Shown piece after piece: positions 46,328-58,653 of a stretch of DNA of 64,000 nucleotides. The stretch spans positions 202,400-266,399 of the forward strand of contig CAVQKJ010000004.1 in assembly GCA_963713105.1 (NCBI GenBank). The letters are read 5' to 3'. A model generated the notes under the pieces. The model ran no database searches. It saw only the letters and a list, made by a program, of their open reading frames with translations, and was not told the DNA's origin. The stretch comes from an uncultured Chlamydiae bacterium. GTDB taxonomy: Bacteria; Chlamydiota; Chlamydiia; Chlamydiales; SM23-39. Within the stretch, counting starts at the first letter, position 1. Each line of letters starts with the position of its first letter. Made by a program: the position numbers and the translations under genes.

Positions 46328-46468
46328 ATGAAATCAAAATTTGGGAATTTGAGAAGGAAGCCGCGCAAATTTTTGCGTCTGGAGCGAACGACCATTGCCG
46401 AGAGGCAAGGCGTGAGTGAAGACCAAAAATTTGCTGCGAAGCTGACGCAGTCAAAAACCAAGTTTTGA
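46328..46468 (+). CDS. Candidate 46-aa basic ORF bracketed by a 14-bp perfect inverted repeat
   Basis: MKSKFGNLRRKPRKFLRLERTTIAERQGVSEDQKFAAKLTQSKTKF. TATACACAAATGAA (46319..46332) pairs with TTCATTTGTGTATA (46470..46483). Confidence 0.2.
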   Translation: MKSKFGNLRRKPRKFLRLERTTIAERQGVSEDQKFAAKLTQSKTKF

Positions 46469-46502
46469 ATTCATTTGTGTATAATCTAGCAGATTTTCTT
46501 AT

Positions 46503-47384
46503 TTAAAATCTATGGGCAAGAACAGACATGGCAAGTTCAGGATTCTTTTCTATCCTTTTTAAAAAAAAGTCAAAATTCACTTTTGAAAGAGAATTTTTAT
46601 TTGTAATCGCCATTTTATAATATGAGGCGGCTTCGTCCATTTTCCGGGTGGAAGCCATTAAATGGCCAAAGACCATTTGACTGTCGATACATCCTTTATT
46701 CGCGTCGGAAGCGAGTTTTTCCGATATCTCCTCCAACGCATTTGGGCTGGCCGGCGTCTCGACCACTTTTTTCAGTCCCTCGTCATACTCCAATTTTACA
46801 GAAATGGGTGTAGTAAAGGTTTTATCGAAAGCGACCCAACTGATTTCCCGTCCGGGAAGGAAAAAAAAGTGATCCAAATGTAAAAATGCCGTCGCTGCAA
46901 AAACCACCCTCTTCGACACTTCGGCGATTTTAGCAGCGATCGATTCCATAAGCGGTGCATAGGCGTTGCAACCATTAAGATAGATGACGCACCGACTGGA
47001 TAAGAGGGAGAAATCTTCCGATTTGGCCCGCTCTAATGTGTAATGGCCGGAAGCGTCTTCCGTGAATCCTAAAGCATCTATTCTTCCATGCATCTGGGCG
47101 ACCAATAAGTCGATCGGCCGGTCCGGATAGGCTTTTTTCACCCTTTCGATGGCTGACCCGATATTGGCGTCGTTCATCACTTGAATCGACAAATAATAAG
47201 TTTTTGCTATCTGCTTGAATCGCAAAACGTGAGAATTCAGATTGGGGTTCATTTCCCCTTTTTTATCAAAGCTTCCTATCAAATAGAGAGCCAACGGATC
47301 GGTCGGACTTTTCGATTCGTTCGATTGATTAATAAAAGATAATAATTTTGAATCTAATGGATAATTTCCTGAAATAATCCCCAC
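46503..47384 (-). CDS. Hypothetical protein, paralog of 49732..50979 (His-Gly ... Gly/Ala-Cys module)
   Basis: GTG start. YPDRPIDLLVAQMHGRIDALGF ... CVIYLNGCNAY ... IAAKIAEVSKRVVFA aligns with the corresponding segments of the 415-aa paralog. Confidence 0.5.
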   Translation of the reverse strand: MGIISGNYPLDSKLLSFINQSNESKSPTDPLALYLIGSFDKKGEMNPNLNSHVLRFKQIAKTYYLSIQVMNDANIGSAIERVKKAYPDRPIDLLVAQMHGRIDALGFTEDASGHYTLERAKSEDFSLLSSRCVIYLNGCNAYAPLMESIAAKIAEVSKRVVFAATAFLHLDHFFFLPGREISWVAFDKTFTTPISVKLEYDEGLKKVVETPASPNALEEISEKLASDANKGCIDSQMVFGHLMASTRKMDEAASYYKMAITNKNSLSKVNFDFFLKRIEKNPELAMSVLAHRF

Positions 47385-47486
47385 ACCCCGTCCCCTGTGC
47401 CATAAAATATACTAAATAAATGAAATAAAATAAAGACAAAAATGAATAAAATAATTTATAATTAAAACAATAAACAGAAAATTTAT

Positions 47487-47975
47487 ATGACAAACCCGAC
47501 ATTCAATTTTAAGCTAGCGAAAGCGAGTGACAAAGAGCGGATCATCCGTTGGCTCGATCAAGACCATATCCGGCAATGGATCCACGGCGTCGGCCTGCAA
47601 AACCTTCTAAAAAACCTCGACCGGTTCTTTGAGGAGACCTCCGTTTCCCAGCATTGGATCGCCTCAGAAAGAGATACCCCTTTCGCCTACCTTCTGACGA
47701 CCCCCGAAGGACCGGATGCCATCAGCCTCGACCTGTTCATTTGCGACCTGAATTATCTGGGCAAAGGGCTCGCAGTCCCCATGATCCAAAATTTTTTACA
47801 CAGCCAGTTCCCGCATATTAAAGAAATTTTTATAGATCCTGAAGCCTCGAACACCCGCGCTATCCACGTCTACCAAAAAGCCGGTTTCAAAATCATCGGG
47901 GAATTCATCGCCTCATGGCATCCCGTGCCTCATTATAAAATGAGGGTTAGCCAAGAAGATTTATCGCCAGCCTGA
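47487..47975 (+). CDS. GNAT-family N-acetyltransferase
   Basis: 162 aa. ..YLGKGLAVPMIQNFL..IDPEASNTRAIHVYQKAGFKIIGEF. Confidence 0.85.
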   Translation: MTNPTFNFKLAKASDKERIIRWLDQDHIRQWIHGVGLQNLLKNLDRFFEETSVSQHWIASERDTPFAYLLTTPEGPDAISLDLFICDLNYLGKGLAVPMIQNFLHSQFPHIKEIFIDPEASNTRAIHVYQKAGFKIIGEFIASWHPVPHYKMRVSQEDLSPA

Positions 47976-49175
47976 AGCCGTCGTAAAATCACCGATTGAA
48001 AGGGTGACATTGAGAGAGGGGCTCCAAGCGGCAGCCTCAGTCCCGCTTTGTCCTGCGACATCGTCGAACGCATAGAAGTACTCGTTCAATCCGGCATCGT
48101 GCATAGCCCTTGCATAGACATCGTAGGCATCCGCTTGATAAAAATCGCTTCGATGAGCGGCAAAATAATTATCGCTAAGAGGGGCGGCGATATTTTCAGG
48201 GACCAGGCCCATCGCAACCATCGCTGAGAGCATTTTGATCAGATTCCCGGTAGTATTATTCGTGGGGATGAATTCGCCATCCGTTCCTGGAGCCAGCCAA
48301 GCCTCGACGTTTGAAGGTAAAGTCGGCAATGGGATCGTTACTGGGTCGAGATTAGGAGAAGAGAAGATAAAATTTTGCCCTGCTGCATCGATGGTCCCAG
48401 TATACACCGTGGCGTTATCGTCCATAAGTATAGAGAGAGGGTGAGTTTGATAATAAGGGATGAAAGAGGTTTGCAGGTAATCGGTCAGAAAACTCATATC
48501 GAATCTCCCGTCCAGCGCCATGATATTGGGGGCGACGATCCTTTGGTTCTCCTCTCCGATGATGAGCTGAGTCCAATCGACATCGGGATACCGAGGCAAA
48601 GTGTAATTCCTTAAATTCTGAAGCGCCTGGGCAAAAATCTCCTGCCTATTCCCATTCGATCCGCACTCTTGAACGGTCGGCTGCGTATCTTGGTCCATTT
48701 CTAACTTGAGAGGCAGACAGTAGGTATCCACTCCGCTGCAATCCATCGTCATTACGTTGTACTGATCGAAAGAGTATTCAATCGTATCCCAAAGGCAGTC
48801 GGTATCGTAATTGGAAGGCTGCCAGCCGGGAGGCAATGATCCAGGCCCCGTATACATCTGTGCGTAAGTCATACCGACCGTAAAGTAAATCCGTCCCGAA
48901 TCGCCGGGAGGCACATAAATCAGCGATCCCCCGTTAAATTGAGGCATATCAGAAAGAAGGGTTGAAACAGGCGTTTGAGTATACGACCCTTTTCCCTCGC
49001 TGTCGAACGTCAAAAAGCCGAGTTCCGTTTTGATCGTAATATATAAATTATCCGGATTGTTGCTGTCATTTTCGAACGAGATGGGAACATATCCCTGAAT
49101 CGGAGGAGGAGAAAGATTGATTTCTTGAAAACTCGCGCTGTTTACAAAACTGGACGGTTGAATCCCGCTGACCAT
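47961..49175 (-). CDS. GH64-like (beta-1,3-glucanase / thaumatin-like fold) protein, no signal peptide
   Basis: 404 aa. ..GDSGRIYFTVG.., ..WDTIEYSFDQYNVMTMDCSGVDTYCLPLKLEM.. and ..YFYAFDDVAGQSG.. resemble conserved GH64 blocks as I remember them. Confidence 0.5.
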   Translation of the reverse strand: MVSGIQPSSFVNSASFQEINLSPPPIQGYVPISFENDSNNPDNLYITIKTELGFLTFDSEGKGSYTQTPVSTLLSDMPQFNGGSLIYVPPGDSGRIYFTVGMTYAQMYTGPGSLPPGWQPSNYDTDCLWDTIEYSFDQYNVMTMDCSGVDTYCLPLKLEMDQDTQPTVQECGSNGNRQEIFAQALQNLRNYTLPRYPDVDWTQLIIGEENQRIVAPNIMALDGRFDMSFLTDYLQTSFIPYYQTHPLSILMDDNATVYTGTIDAAGQNFIFSSPNLDPVTIPLPTLPSNVEAWLAPGTDGEFIPTNNTTGNLIKMLSAMVAMGLVPENIAAPLSDNYFAAHRSDFYQADAYDVYARAMHDAGLNEYFYAFDDVAGQSGTEAAAWSPSLNVTLSIGDFTTASGWR

Positions 49176-49191
49176 AAAAAACCTCTTTAAA

Positions 49192-49581
49192 TTAAACTAT
49201 CTGAGTAACTCTTTTAGGATCGATGCTAGGAGGATTGCTGGCATGTCTTAGCCGAGCCTTTAAGAGGAAATATTTATCGATCTTTTCAAGGACCTTCATC
49301 GTCGCGATAAATGCGATGCCCATTCCCGCCGCCGGATCGAGATATTCGCTTAAAATACTTGGGCAGTGAGTCACAGCTGCAAGCGCGGCAGCGGCTGCGG
49401 TTAAAAGGGTGCTGGCAATGACGCCTGTCATCATCACCAAGATTTTCAATCCCCATTTTTTTACTTTTTCCGTTCTGTTCAATTTTTCGGAAGCTTCCAC
49501 TATCTGCTGTTCGCGCAAAAAAGCTTCTCTAGGAGAGACAGTTGTAGGGCTTGAAGAATCAGGAAGTGCTTTACTAGACAT
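49192..49581 (-). CDS. Small Inc-like membrane protein
   Basis: 129 aa. LKILVMMTGVIASTLLTAAAAALAAV and a second segment AAGMGIAFIATMKVL. Confidence 0.55.
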   Translation of the reverse strand: MSSKALPDSSSPTTVSPREAFLREQQIVEASEKLNRTEKVKKWGLKILVMMTGVIASTLLTAAAAALAAVTHCPSILSEYLDPAAGMGIAFIATMKVLEKIDKYFLLKARLRHASNPPSIDPKRVTQIV

Positions 49582-49731
49582 AATTAACCTCGAATTATTT
49601 ATTAATAAAATAATATTATATCAAAAATATAATTTAAATTATTATAAAAATAACTATGATTTTTTCGAATTAATTATAATATATTTATTTTCAAAGGTTT
49701 AGATCTGTCCCAATATTAATGAAGGCCAGGA

Positions 49732-50979
49732 TCAATTCTGTAGAAGGGGCCTGGCTATCGGCCGGCAGGAAAGGTGGCGAGCCCAGGCGCCGATTGCTTG
49801 AAAGGTATTCTGCACATGGAGAAGAGCTTTGGCCCAACGGACGGCAGGATACTCGCGGACTTCATGAATCAACTCATTGAGTACCGACCGGAACGCGGAA
49901 CGAACGGTGGTATGGAGAGGATGGGCGCGCAGGAAATCTTCGCCGAAAAACTTCACTTGAGGAGATCCATTGTTTATCCTGACCTGCTTTGCGACAAGAA
50001 CTTTGGTTTCTTCAGAGAGCTGATCAAATATTTGGATAACCCGTTGTTTGTGATCTACATTCTCTTCATCGAGATAAGGATCGAGCCAGGAATTTTGAAG
50101 CTCGGGAAAACTCGCGATAGAAAGGATGTCGCTTTGAAGAGATGTGTCTTTCACATAGGGAAATTGACTCGGCATCCTTTCTTTATAGGAAAACGATTTG
50201 CAGGTGTAGGCGTTGAAAATCGCAAACCCATGGGCCGCCCCGACAACTTTTGGGCCATTGGCTCCCGTTTTAATCACCGGCTTAGAAAAATACATCGTCG
50301 GCCCTGGAGCCAATACCGTTCTACCAGGTGTTTTTCGGGCGATCTCATCAGCGATATTTCGATCTCCCAGTCCTGTGGTGCATGCATCGAGCAAAATCGT
50401 CGCATCGGAAGCGCAGTCTTCAAACAGATCGTTTCGCAATTGCTCTGCTTGGATTTCCGGCTCCCCTGGCGCATGGATGAATAAGGAAGATTTTCCGCCG
50501 TGAGATACGACGTCGACGAATTGGATCTCTCTTTGAGGATATTGCTGCTTGATCGATCCCATAAAAGCTTTCATTTCATCCTGCGAAGAAACTACCTTTG
50601 GCGCCACGGCAAAATGCTTTTGAAGATTTTGGATTTTGTAATGGTGATAATAGTAGAGTGGATTGCTCAAAATAGCGCCGTTGTGGTCGTGGGCGCTCAC
50701 AAAATAAACGCAAATAGGCTTGTCGTTGTCCGCTAAAGTCTTGCCAATCGCCTCGAAATCTCTTCCGAGCTTCTCTCTATTTTGCTGAAAATCGGAGGTT
50801 AAGGCCGTTCTTTTAACAAGCTCTTTAATCAGGGAAAAAACTCTTTGTACAACATGGAGAACTCTTGTAAGGCAATTCCCTTCGTTTGGCTCGTCTGCAT
50901 ACCGGAGCGAATACGCCACTTTTAAAAAGCTCGGCATTTCCCTCGGAATCATCAACAAAGTATTTGACAAAGAAGCCAT
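49732..50979 (-). CDS. Hypothetical protein with His-Gly ... Ala-Cys module (clan-CD/CHAT-like order) and a conserved C-terminal module
   Basis: 415 aa. IQFVDVVSHGGKSSLFI ... ATILLDACTTGLGDRNIADEIARKTPGRTVLA. C-terminal FFGEDFLRAHPLHTTVRSAFRSVLNELI is shared with the next gene. Confidence 0.55.
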   Translation of the reverse strand: MASLSNTLLMIPREMPSFLKVAYSLRYADEPNEGNCLTRVLHVVQRVFSLIKELVKRTALTSDFQQNREKLGRDFEAIGKTLADNDKPICVYFVSAHDHNGAILSNPLYYYHHYKIQNLQKHFAVAPKVVSSQDEMKAFMGSIKQQYPQREIQFVDVVSHGGKSSLFIHAPGEPEIQAEQLRNDLFEDCASDATILLDACTTGLGDRNIADEIARKTPGRTVLAPGPTMYFSKPVIKTGANGPKVVGAAHGFAIFNAYTCKSFSYKERMPSQFPYVKDTSLQSDILSIASFPELQNSWLDPYLDEENVDHKQRVIQIFDQLSEETKVLVAKQVRINNGSPQVKFFGEDFLRAHPLHTTVRSAFRSVLNELIHEVREYPAVRWAKALLHVQNTFQAIGAWARHLSCRPIARPLLQN

Positions 50980-51132
50980 TTGTATAATCCCCCTAATCTA
51001 ACCGTCGAGGATTATATCCTGAAAATTGTTATAGATAAAACATAAAAAATATTTTAAAAATAACAATTATTTACAAGGTTTCAATTAAGAAAATAAATTT
51101 GAAGGCAGAAAAGCTTCTCTTTCTTCAATTTT

Positions 51133-52042
51133 TTATGGAAGCCATAAGTATGTCTCTAAATCATTAATCAACTCATTGAGCACCGACCGTAAAACTGATC
51201 GGACGGTGGCGTAGAGTGGATGGGCGCCCAGGAAATCTTTGCCGTAATACTTCAGCAGCGGCGGAACGAGTACGAATGGAGGATTTTGGCACAGGTTTCG
51301 CTGCTTTCTTTGGTTTCGGTTGCGAAGAAGAGAGGTTCTCTCTTGAACTCTCTTCGACCAAGTCCGCAGCTTGAGTTAATGTTAGAAGAGGTGGAGCTGT
51401 CGGATTTAGGACTGATCTCTTTATTAGAACCGGACGCGCGGCCGAAGAAGTTGCCGCGACTGTATTATTTGAACCTTGGCTTTCTTTCGGAGAAACGTCG
51501 AGTTGTTTTGAGGTGTGTTTCTTTCTTAGAACTGAATTTGCGGCCGACGAACTTTTTTTACTTTCTTGGGCCTGATTCTGTACATGAGGCTTTTTGCCCG
51601 GGATGAAAAACTTGAAGCGGGGGACTGAAGAAGATTCGGGTACATAAGTCGTTTCAAGATCGCCGATTTCAATCCACTCCCTTTTTCCAAGAATGCGTTT
51701 TAACAAAGGCCCCTTAACAGCCGGTGCTTCAGATTCGCTATCCGACTGAAGATCTGTCGAAAACCGGTTAGCAGCCGGATCTTCAACCGGATCTTCAGAT
51801 TCGCTATCCGACTGAGGATCTATTGAAGGACTAGGATTCGGGACCTTGCTAAAAATAGGTATTTTAGAATCTTTTGAAAATGACAGTCGTGAAATTGAGT
51901 CGGGATTTTTTATTAAATTAGATAAATTCAGGAAGTATTTTTCTTTCTTCGAAGCGGCGGCCGATGATTCCGGAATTTGACGATCTGCGGCTGGCGATGA
52001 ATCAGCACTTTTACGATGAGTTAAAGGCAGTATATTAGACAT
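51133..52042 (-). CDS. Ser/Pro-rich hypothetical protein; the 3' end probably continues in another frame into a module shared with 49732..50979
   Basis: ORF 51173..52042. From ~51260 the alternative frame reads YYGKDFLGAHPLYATVRSVLRSVLNELINDLETYLWLP-stop (stop at 51133..51135). DNA 51161..51255 is ~80% identical by eye to 49862..49956. Confidence 0.5.
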
Positions 52043-52136
52043 TAATTATTTACTCCGGTTTTTTCGTTTTATGGCGGGTAATACCATGAACCGCAAAATG
52101 TTGATTTAAAATATTTATAATTGACTGACTCTGAGT

Positions 52137-52619
52137 ATGACGGTACTCGGATTCCCCTCTGCGGGCGAGCGAAGCGCTCGTCCCGTCTGGTCGGGGTCCG
52201 GTTGCGCCCGGTTTTCGCGAAACGCAAAAACATCGGTGCTCACTTCGTCAAAAGCCTTTGGCTTTTGCGAGAATGCCAAAGGCATTACCCCGAAGGGGCG
52301 TAGATCCGTTTCGGATCGGAGTCCATCCGAGACGAAAGCCAAATTATTGGCTTTCTTACCGTTATTTTTGAAAAAAAATGACGGTACTCGGATTCCCCCT
52401 CTGCGGGCGAGCGAAGCGCTCGTCCCGTCTGGTCGGGGTCCGGTTGCGCCCGGTTTTCGCGAAACGCAAAAACATCGGTGCTCACTTCGTCAAAAGCCTT
52501 TGGCTTTTGCGAGAATGCCAAAGGCATTACCCCGAAGGGGCGTAGATCCGTTTCGGATCGGAGTCCATCCGAGACGAAAGCCAAATTATTGGCTTTCTTA
52601 CCGTCATTTTTGAAAAAAA
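52137..52619. repeat. Two head-to-tail copies (241 + 242 bp) of a multi-hairpin unit abutting the 3' end of tRNA-Met; each unit carries a copy of the tRNA 3' end
   Basis: Units 52137..52377 and 52378..52619 are near-identical. Each starts (plus strand) TGACGGTACTCGGATTC versus the tRNA TGACGGTAGCCGGATTC. At least 7 short GC-rich stem-loops per unit. Confidence 0.95.
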
Positions 52620-52620
52620 A

Positions 52621-52693
<73 letters not shown>

Positions 52694-52711
52694 AAAGAGA
52701 ATGTGGAAAAT

Positions 52712-52784
52712 TAGCGGGGGTAGGACTCGAACCTACGGCCTTTGGGTTATGAGCCCAACGAGCTAACCACTGCTCCACCCCGCG
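52712..52784 (-). tRNA. Initiator tRNA-fMet (CAT)
   Basis: CGCGGGG-TG-GAGC-AGTGGTTA-GCTC-G-TTGGG-CTCATAA-CCCAA-AGGCC-GTAGG-TTCGAGT-CCTAC-CCCCGCT-A. Unpaired 1:72 (C:T), A11:T24, and three G-C pairs closing the anticodon loop. Confidence 0.9.
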
Positions 52785-52845
52785 ATAATAAGAAAGCAGA
52801 AGTCTAACACGACAAGTGATTTATCCCAAATCTTTTTCTATTTTT

Positions 52846-54090
52846 CTATGAAGTTTGCAGCGATTGGAGAGCTGCGAGTGTGCGGGAGACGGAACCGCGG
52901 TTGCTTTGAATGAGGGCGATGGCTGAGGCTCTCATGGATTTTTCTTGGGTGGGATTTTGGAGAAAATGGTCGATAGCGGAGCGAAGATTTTCGAGAGGGA
53001 TTTGGAGGCCGGCGCCTGATTGGATGGCCCGGGCTGCGAATTCGGTTTGGCCGAACATGTGGGGGCCGAAGAGGACCGGTGTGCCGTAGAGGCATGGTTC
53101 AAGGACGTTATGTCCTCCGATCCGGTCGATGAAGCTGCCTCCGACGATGGCGAGGCGGCTGAAGGAATAACAAATCGGGAGCTGTCCCATGGCATCGACT
53201 AAAATCACCCTCTCCCCTCCCCTCTTTTGGTCAATTTGGCTCCAACGGACATAAGGAATTTGTTTATTCGCGAGGAGTTGAGCGACGTCGTTGAACCGTT
53301 CGGGATGGCGCGGCGCGAGAAAAAGGATGCGGTCCGGATGATCGAGCGCATCGAGGAGCTCATTCCTCTTCGGGAGAATGGGTGCAGCTGATCGTCAGGA
53401 CCGGGACATTCGGAAGCGAGAGTTTGAGCGCCAAAGGGTAAGATCTACCGATTGAGGCTGCACGTCGAGTTTTAAGTTGCCGGTGATATGGATGCGCGAG
53501 GGATCGGCGGCCAAGGGATGGAGGCGGTCGGCGTATTGTTGATTTTGGACGCAGAGCAAGTCGAAATGAGAAAACATTTTTTTTGAGAAAAAAGAAAAGC
53601 GTTTGTAATCGGCGGGCCGATCTTTCCGAAATTTTACCGCTGACTAGAGCGATGGGACCGCCTTTTTTTTTCACTTCGGATAGAAGGTTAGGCCAAAAAT
53701 CGCTTTCGACAAGAATGAGAAGGCTTGGAGATTCAGTTTTTGGACCCACCGCTTGACGATCCAAGTGAGATCGATCGGAAGATAGGCGAAGGCGTGGGCG
53801 CCTGAAAGAGATCGTTTTGCCTCGTCTTGGCCTGTTGCGGTGGTCGTGGTGATGAGAAAAAAAGCGTCCCTGTGGAGCTTTTTCGAGCTCGGCGAAGAGA
53901 GGCTGGGCCGATTTGACTTCGCCGACGGAAACGGCGTGAATCCAGATGACTGGTTTCTTTTGGCTGTCGGGAATAGACGAACCCTAGCCTTTGCAAAAAC
54001 TGGATGCCTTTTTCCCTTTAGAATGCGGTCGAAGAAAATCTTGGGCGAGATCCCCAGAAAATAAAGGAAAATCAGTAGGTTCAGAATCAC
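52846..54090 (-). pseudogene. waaA: Kdo transferase WaaA (KdtA); at least 4 frameshifts as assembled
   Basis: Pieces in ORFs 53671..54408 (tail: LLIFLYFLGISPKIFFDRILKGKRHP..FLITTTTATGQDEAKR), 53360..53764 (LILVESDFWPNLL), 53395..53577 (LLCVQNQQYADRL..ITGNLKLD) and 52846..53208 (..GGSFIDRIGGHNVLEPCLYGTPVLFGPHM). Probable GTG start at 54090. Confidence 0.8.
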
Positions 54091-54092
54091 TT

Positions 54093-56649
<2,557 letters not shown>

Positions 56650-56758
56650 AAATGACTGGGATTTTAGAGGAAAGTATAGCAGCCGATTTGTTTCGAAGCA
56701 AAGGAAAGAGAAGGAAAATTCCCTCGATCTATCGAAAATCGAGGGACTGGAGAGAAGT

Positions 56759-57097
56759 TTACTTTTGACACCAAAGGTCGTTTTGGCCGCCAAATTTCCG
56801 GCCATACTCGTTTGGATTACAGTAAATATCTACGGCTTGGTTTTTTAAAAGCCATACTCCAAAAGAGCCCAAGCCGATGAGTGCAGCTCCCAATGACGCA
56901 GATTTTGCGCATTTAATGAATTTTTTTCTTTCGTAGAACGCTTCTGCATCAAGACAGAAGAAAACACCAAAAATGATCGAACTAAGGCACAAACCAACAT
57001 CCATCCCCAAAACACTTTTTTCTTGCGCAAAAGCAGCTTGAATCACTCTGCTAGGACGGGAATCAATCAATAAATTGGGTATAAAATCAACAAACAT
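56759..57097 (-). CDS. Small membrane protein (hypothetical)
   Basis: 112 aa with two hydrophobic segments ([15 protein letters not shown]; [16 protein letters not shown]). Confidence 0.4.
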   Translation of the reverse strand: MFVDFIPNLLIDSRPSRVIQAAFAQEKSVLGMDVGLCLSSIIFGVFFCLDAEAFYERKKFIKCAKSASLGAALIGLGSFGVWLLKNQAVDIYCNPNEYGRKFGGQNDLWCQK

Positions 57098-57346
57098 AAA
57101 AAAGTCTCCTTCGCAGCAAAGAAGAATAACAAAAACACTAAATAGTAAAAATATTAAAATTACATATTTACGAAAAATCCAGAGCCGCTAAAAATCGATT
57201 CTTTAAACTTTTGGGAGCTCGCATCTAAATCGCGAGAAAATTTAAGATTTTATAAAGCCTCTGAGACTGCATCTCAAAGAATCCTGATTTATTAGTAATC
57301 CTTTATCAGGTATTCTGGCTTTCGCAAATCAAAAAAAGGATGTCAA

Positions 57347-58645
57347 ATGAAAGCGCCTCGAGCTACGCACTACCGCTGGGTCATCGCCAGCCTGATCTTT
57401 TTTATCACACTGGTAAACTTTATCGACCGTTCGGCGATTTCTTTTGTCATCGAACCCCTTAAACAAGAGTTCCATTTTACAGACACTCAGTTCGGGCTGA
57501 TCCTTTCCGCCTTCGGCTTGGGCTATGTCCTTTTGACCGCTTTCGGAGGATGGCTCGTCGACCTTTGGGGGACCCGCGTCGTATGGCCGCTCGCAGCGAT
57601 CGGCTGGTCGCTCTGCGTAGGATTCTTGGGGTTTGCCGCAGGATTCTGGGGATTCATTGGCCTCCGTTTCCTTTTAGGGGTGACCGAAGGGCCCCATTTT
57701 CCCGCTATGTCCCGCTCCATCAGCAATTGGCTTCCCCCTTCCGAAAGGGCGAGGGCCCTTTCTTTGGGTTTGGTGGCGATCCCCCTTTCTTCTGTAGTTG
57801 GGTCTCCGCTCACTTCCTATCTCGTCGCCGATTTCGGATGGCGGACGATGTTCTTCGCTATCAGCATAGTCGGCATTATCTGGGCGGTCGTCTGGTATTT
57901 CCTCTTCCGCGATTTCCCTAAAGATTCCCCTCATGTCAACGAAGAAGAAAAGAAGCTGATTTCTACCGGAAGAACCCCGCAAACGATCAAAGAGAGCGCC
58001 GCCATCGATTGGCGCTTCATCCTGACCCATCCCGCCCTCATCGCAAATAATATCGCCTATTTCGCTTTCGGCTACATGCTCTTCTTTGCGACTTTGTGGC
58101 TTCCCGGGTATTTCCTTTCCCAGCATGGCTTGAACTTGAAAAGCGTCGGCTGGTATTTGACCATCCCTTGGCTAGTCGGGGCCCTCTTTTTGAAGTTGGG
58201 CGGAATCATTTCCGATTGGCTCTATCAAAAAACAGGAAGCAGCAGACTCGCCCGCTCCCATCTCATTTGGAGCAGCCAGCTTCTCGCCGCGATCTGTTTC
58301 GTCATCCTGAGTTATACCAGTTCCCTCGGCCTATCCTTAGTGTTCTTGAGTTTAGGACTTGGATTCGGCCTCATGCCTCAGCCCGCATTTTTCAGCATCA
58401 ATATCGATGTGGCGAAAGACCGCGCCGGCTCTTCCCAAGGGATTACGTCCAGCTGTCTCTCTTTAGCGGGCATCATCGCGCCGACGATGACGGGATGGCT
58501 GATCGACTTAACGGGCAACTTCCAAGGAGCCTTTTTGCTCTTGGCCGGTTTGACGGGCGCGGCGGTAGTCACGGTGATCCTCTTCCACCATCCTGACAAA
58601 AAATGGACGCCCAAGAAAAGACGGCTTGCACAAATCCAAGGATAA
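57347..58645 (+). CDS. MFS transporter (anion:cation symporter-like)
   Basis: 432 aa, 12 TM. ..LVNFIDRSAISF.. and ..GGWLVDLWGTRVV.. motifs. Confidence 0.85.
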   Translation: MKAPRATHYRWVIASLIFFITLVNFIDRSAISFVIEPLKQEFHFTDTQFGLILSAFGLGYVLLTAFGGWLVDLWGTRVVWPLAAIGWSLCVGFLGFAAGFWGFIGLRFLLGVTEGPHFPAMSRSISNWLPPSERARALSLGLVAIPLSSVVGSPLTSYLVADFGWRTMFFAISIVGIIWAVVWYFLFRDFPKDSPHVNEEEKKLISTGRTPQTIKESAAIDWRFILTHPALIANNIAYFAFGYMLFFATLWLPGYFLSQHGLNLKSVGWYLTIPWLVGALFLKLGGIISDWLYQKTGSSRLARSHLIWSSQLLAAICFVILSYTSSLGLSLVFLSLGLGFGLMPQPAFFSINIDVAKDRAGSSQGITSSCLSLAGIIAPTMTGWLIDLTGNFQGAFLLLAGLTGAAVVTVILFHHPDKKWTPKKRRLAQIQG

Positions 58646-58653
58646 ACGAATTT

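Noticed and set aside
46176-46454. 92-aa minus-strand ORF in the 46.1-46.5 kb gap
   Set aside because: It has no RBS and odd composition, and it spans the inverted repeat and the better-supported small plus-strand ORFs.
49774-50484. 236-aa plus-strand ORF antisense to 49732..50979
   Set aside because: The minus-strand ORF is longer and has a paralog in the window (46503..47384) and a shared C-terminal module. The plus-strand ORF has no such support.
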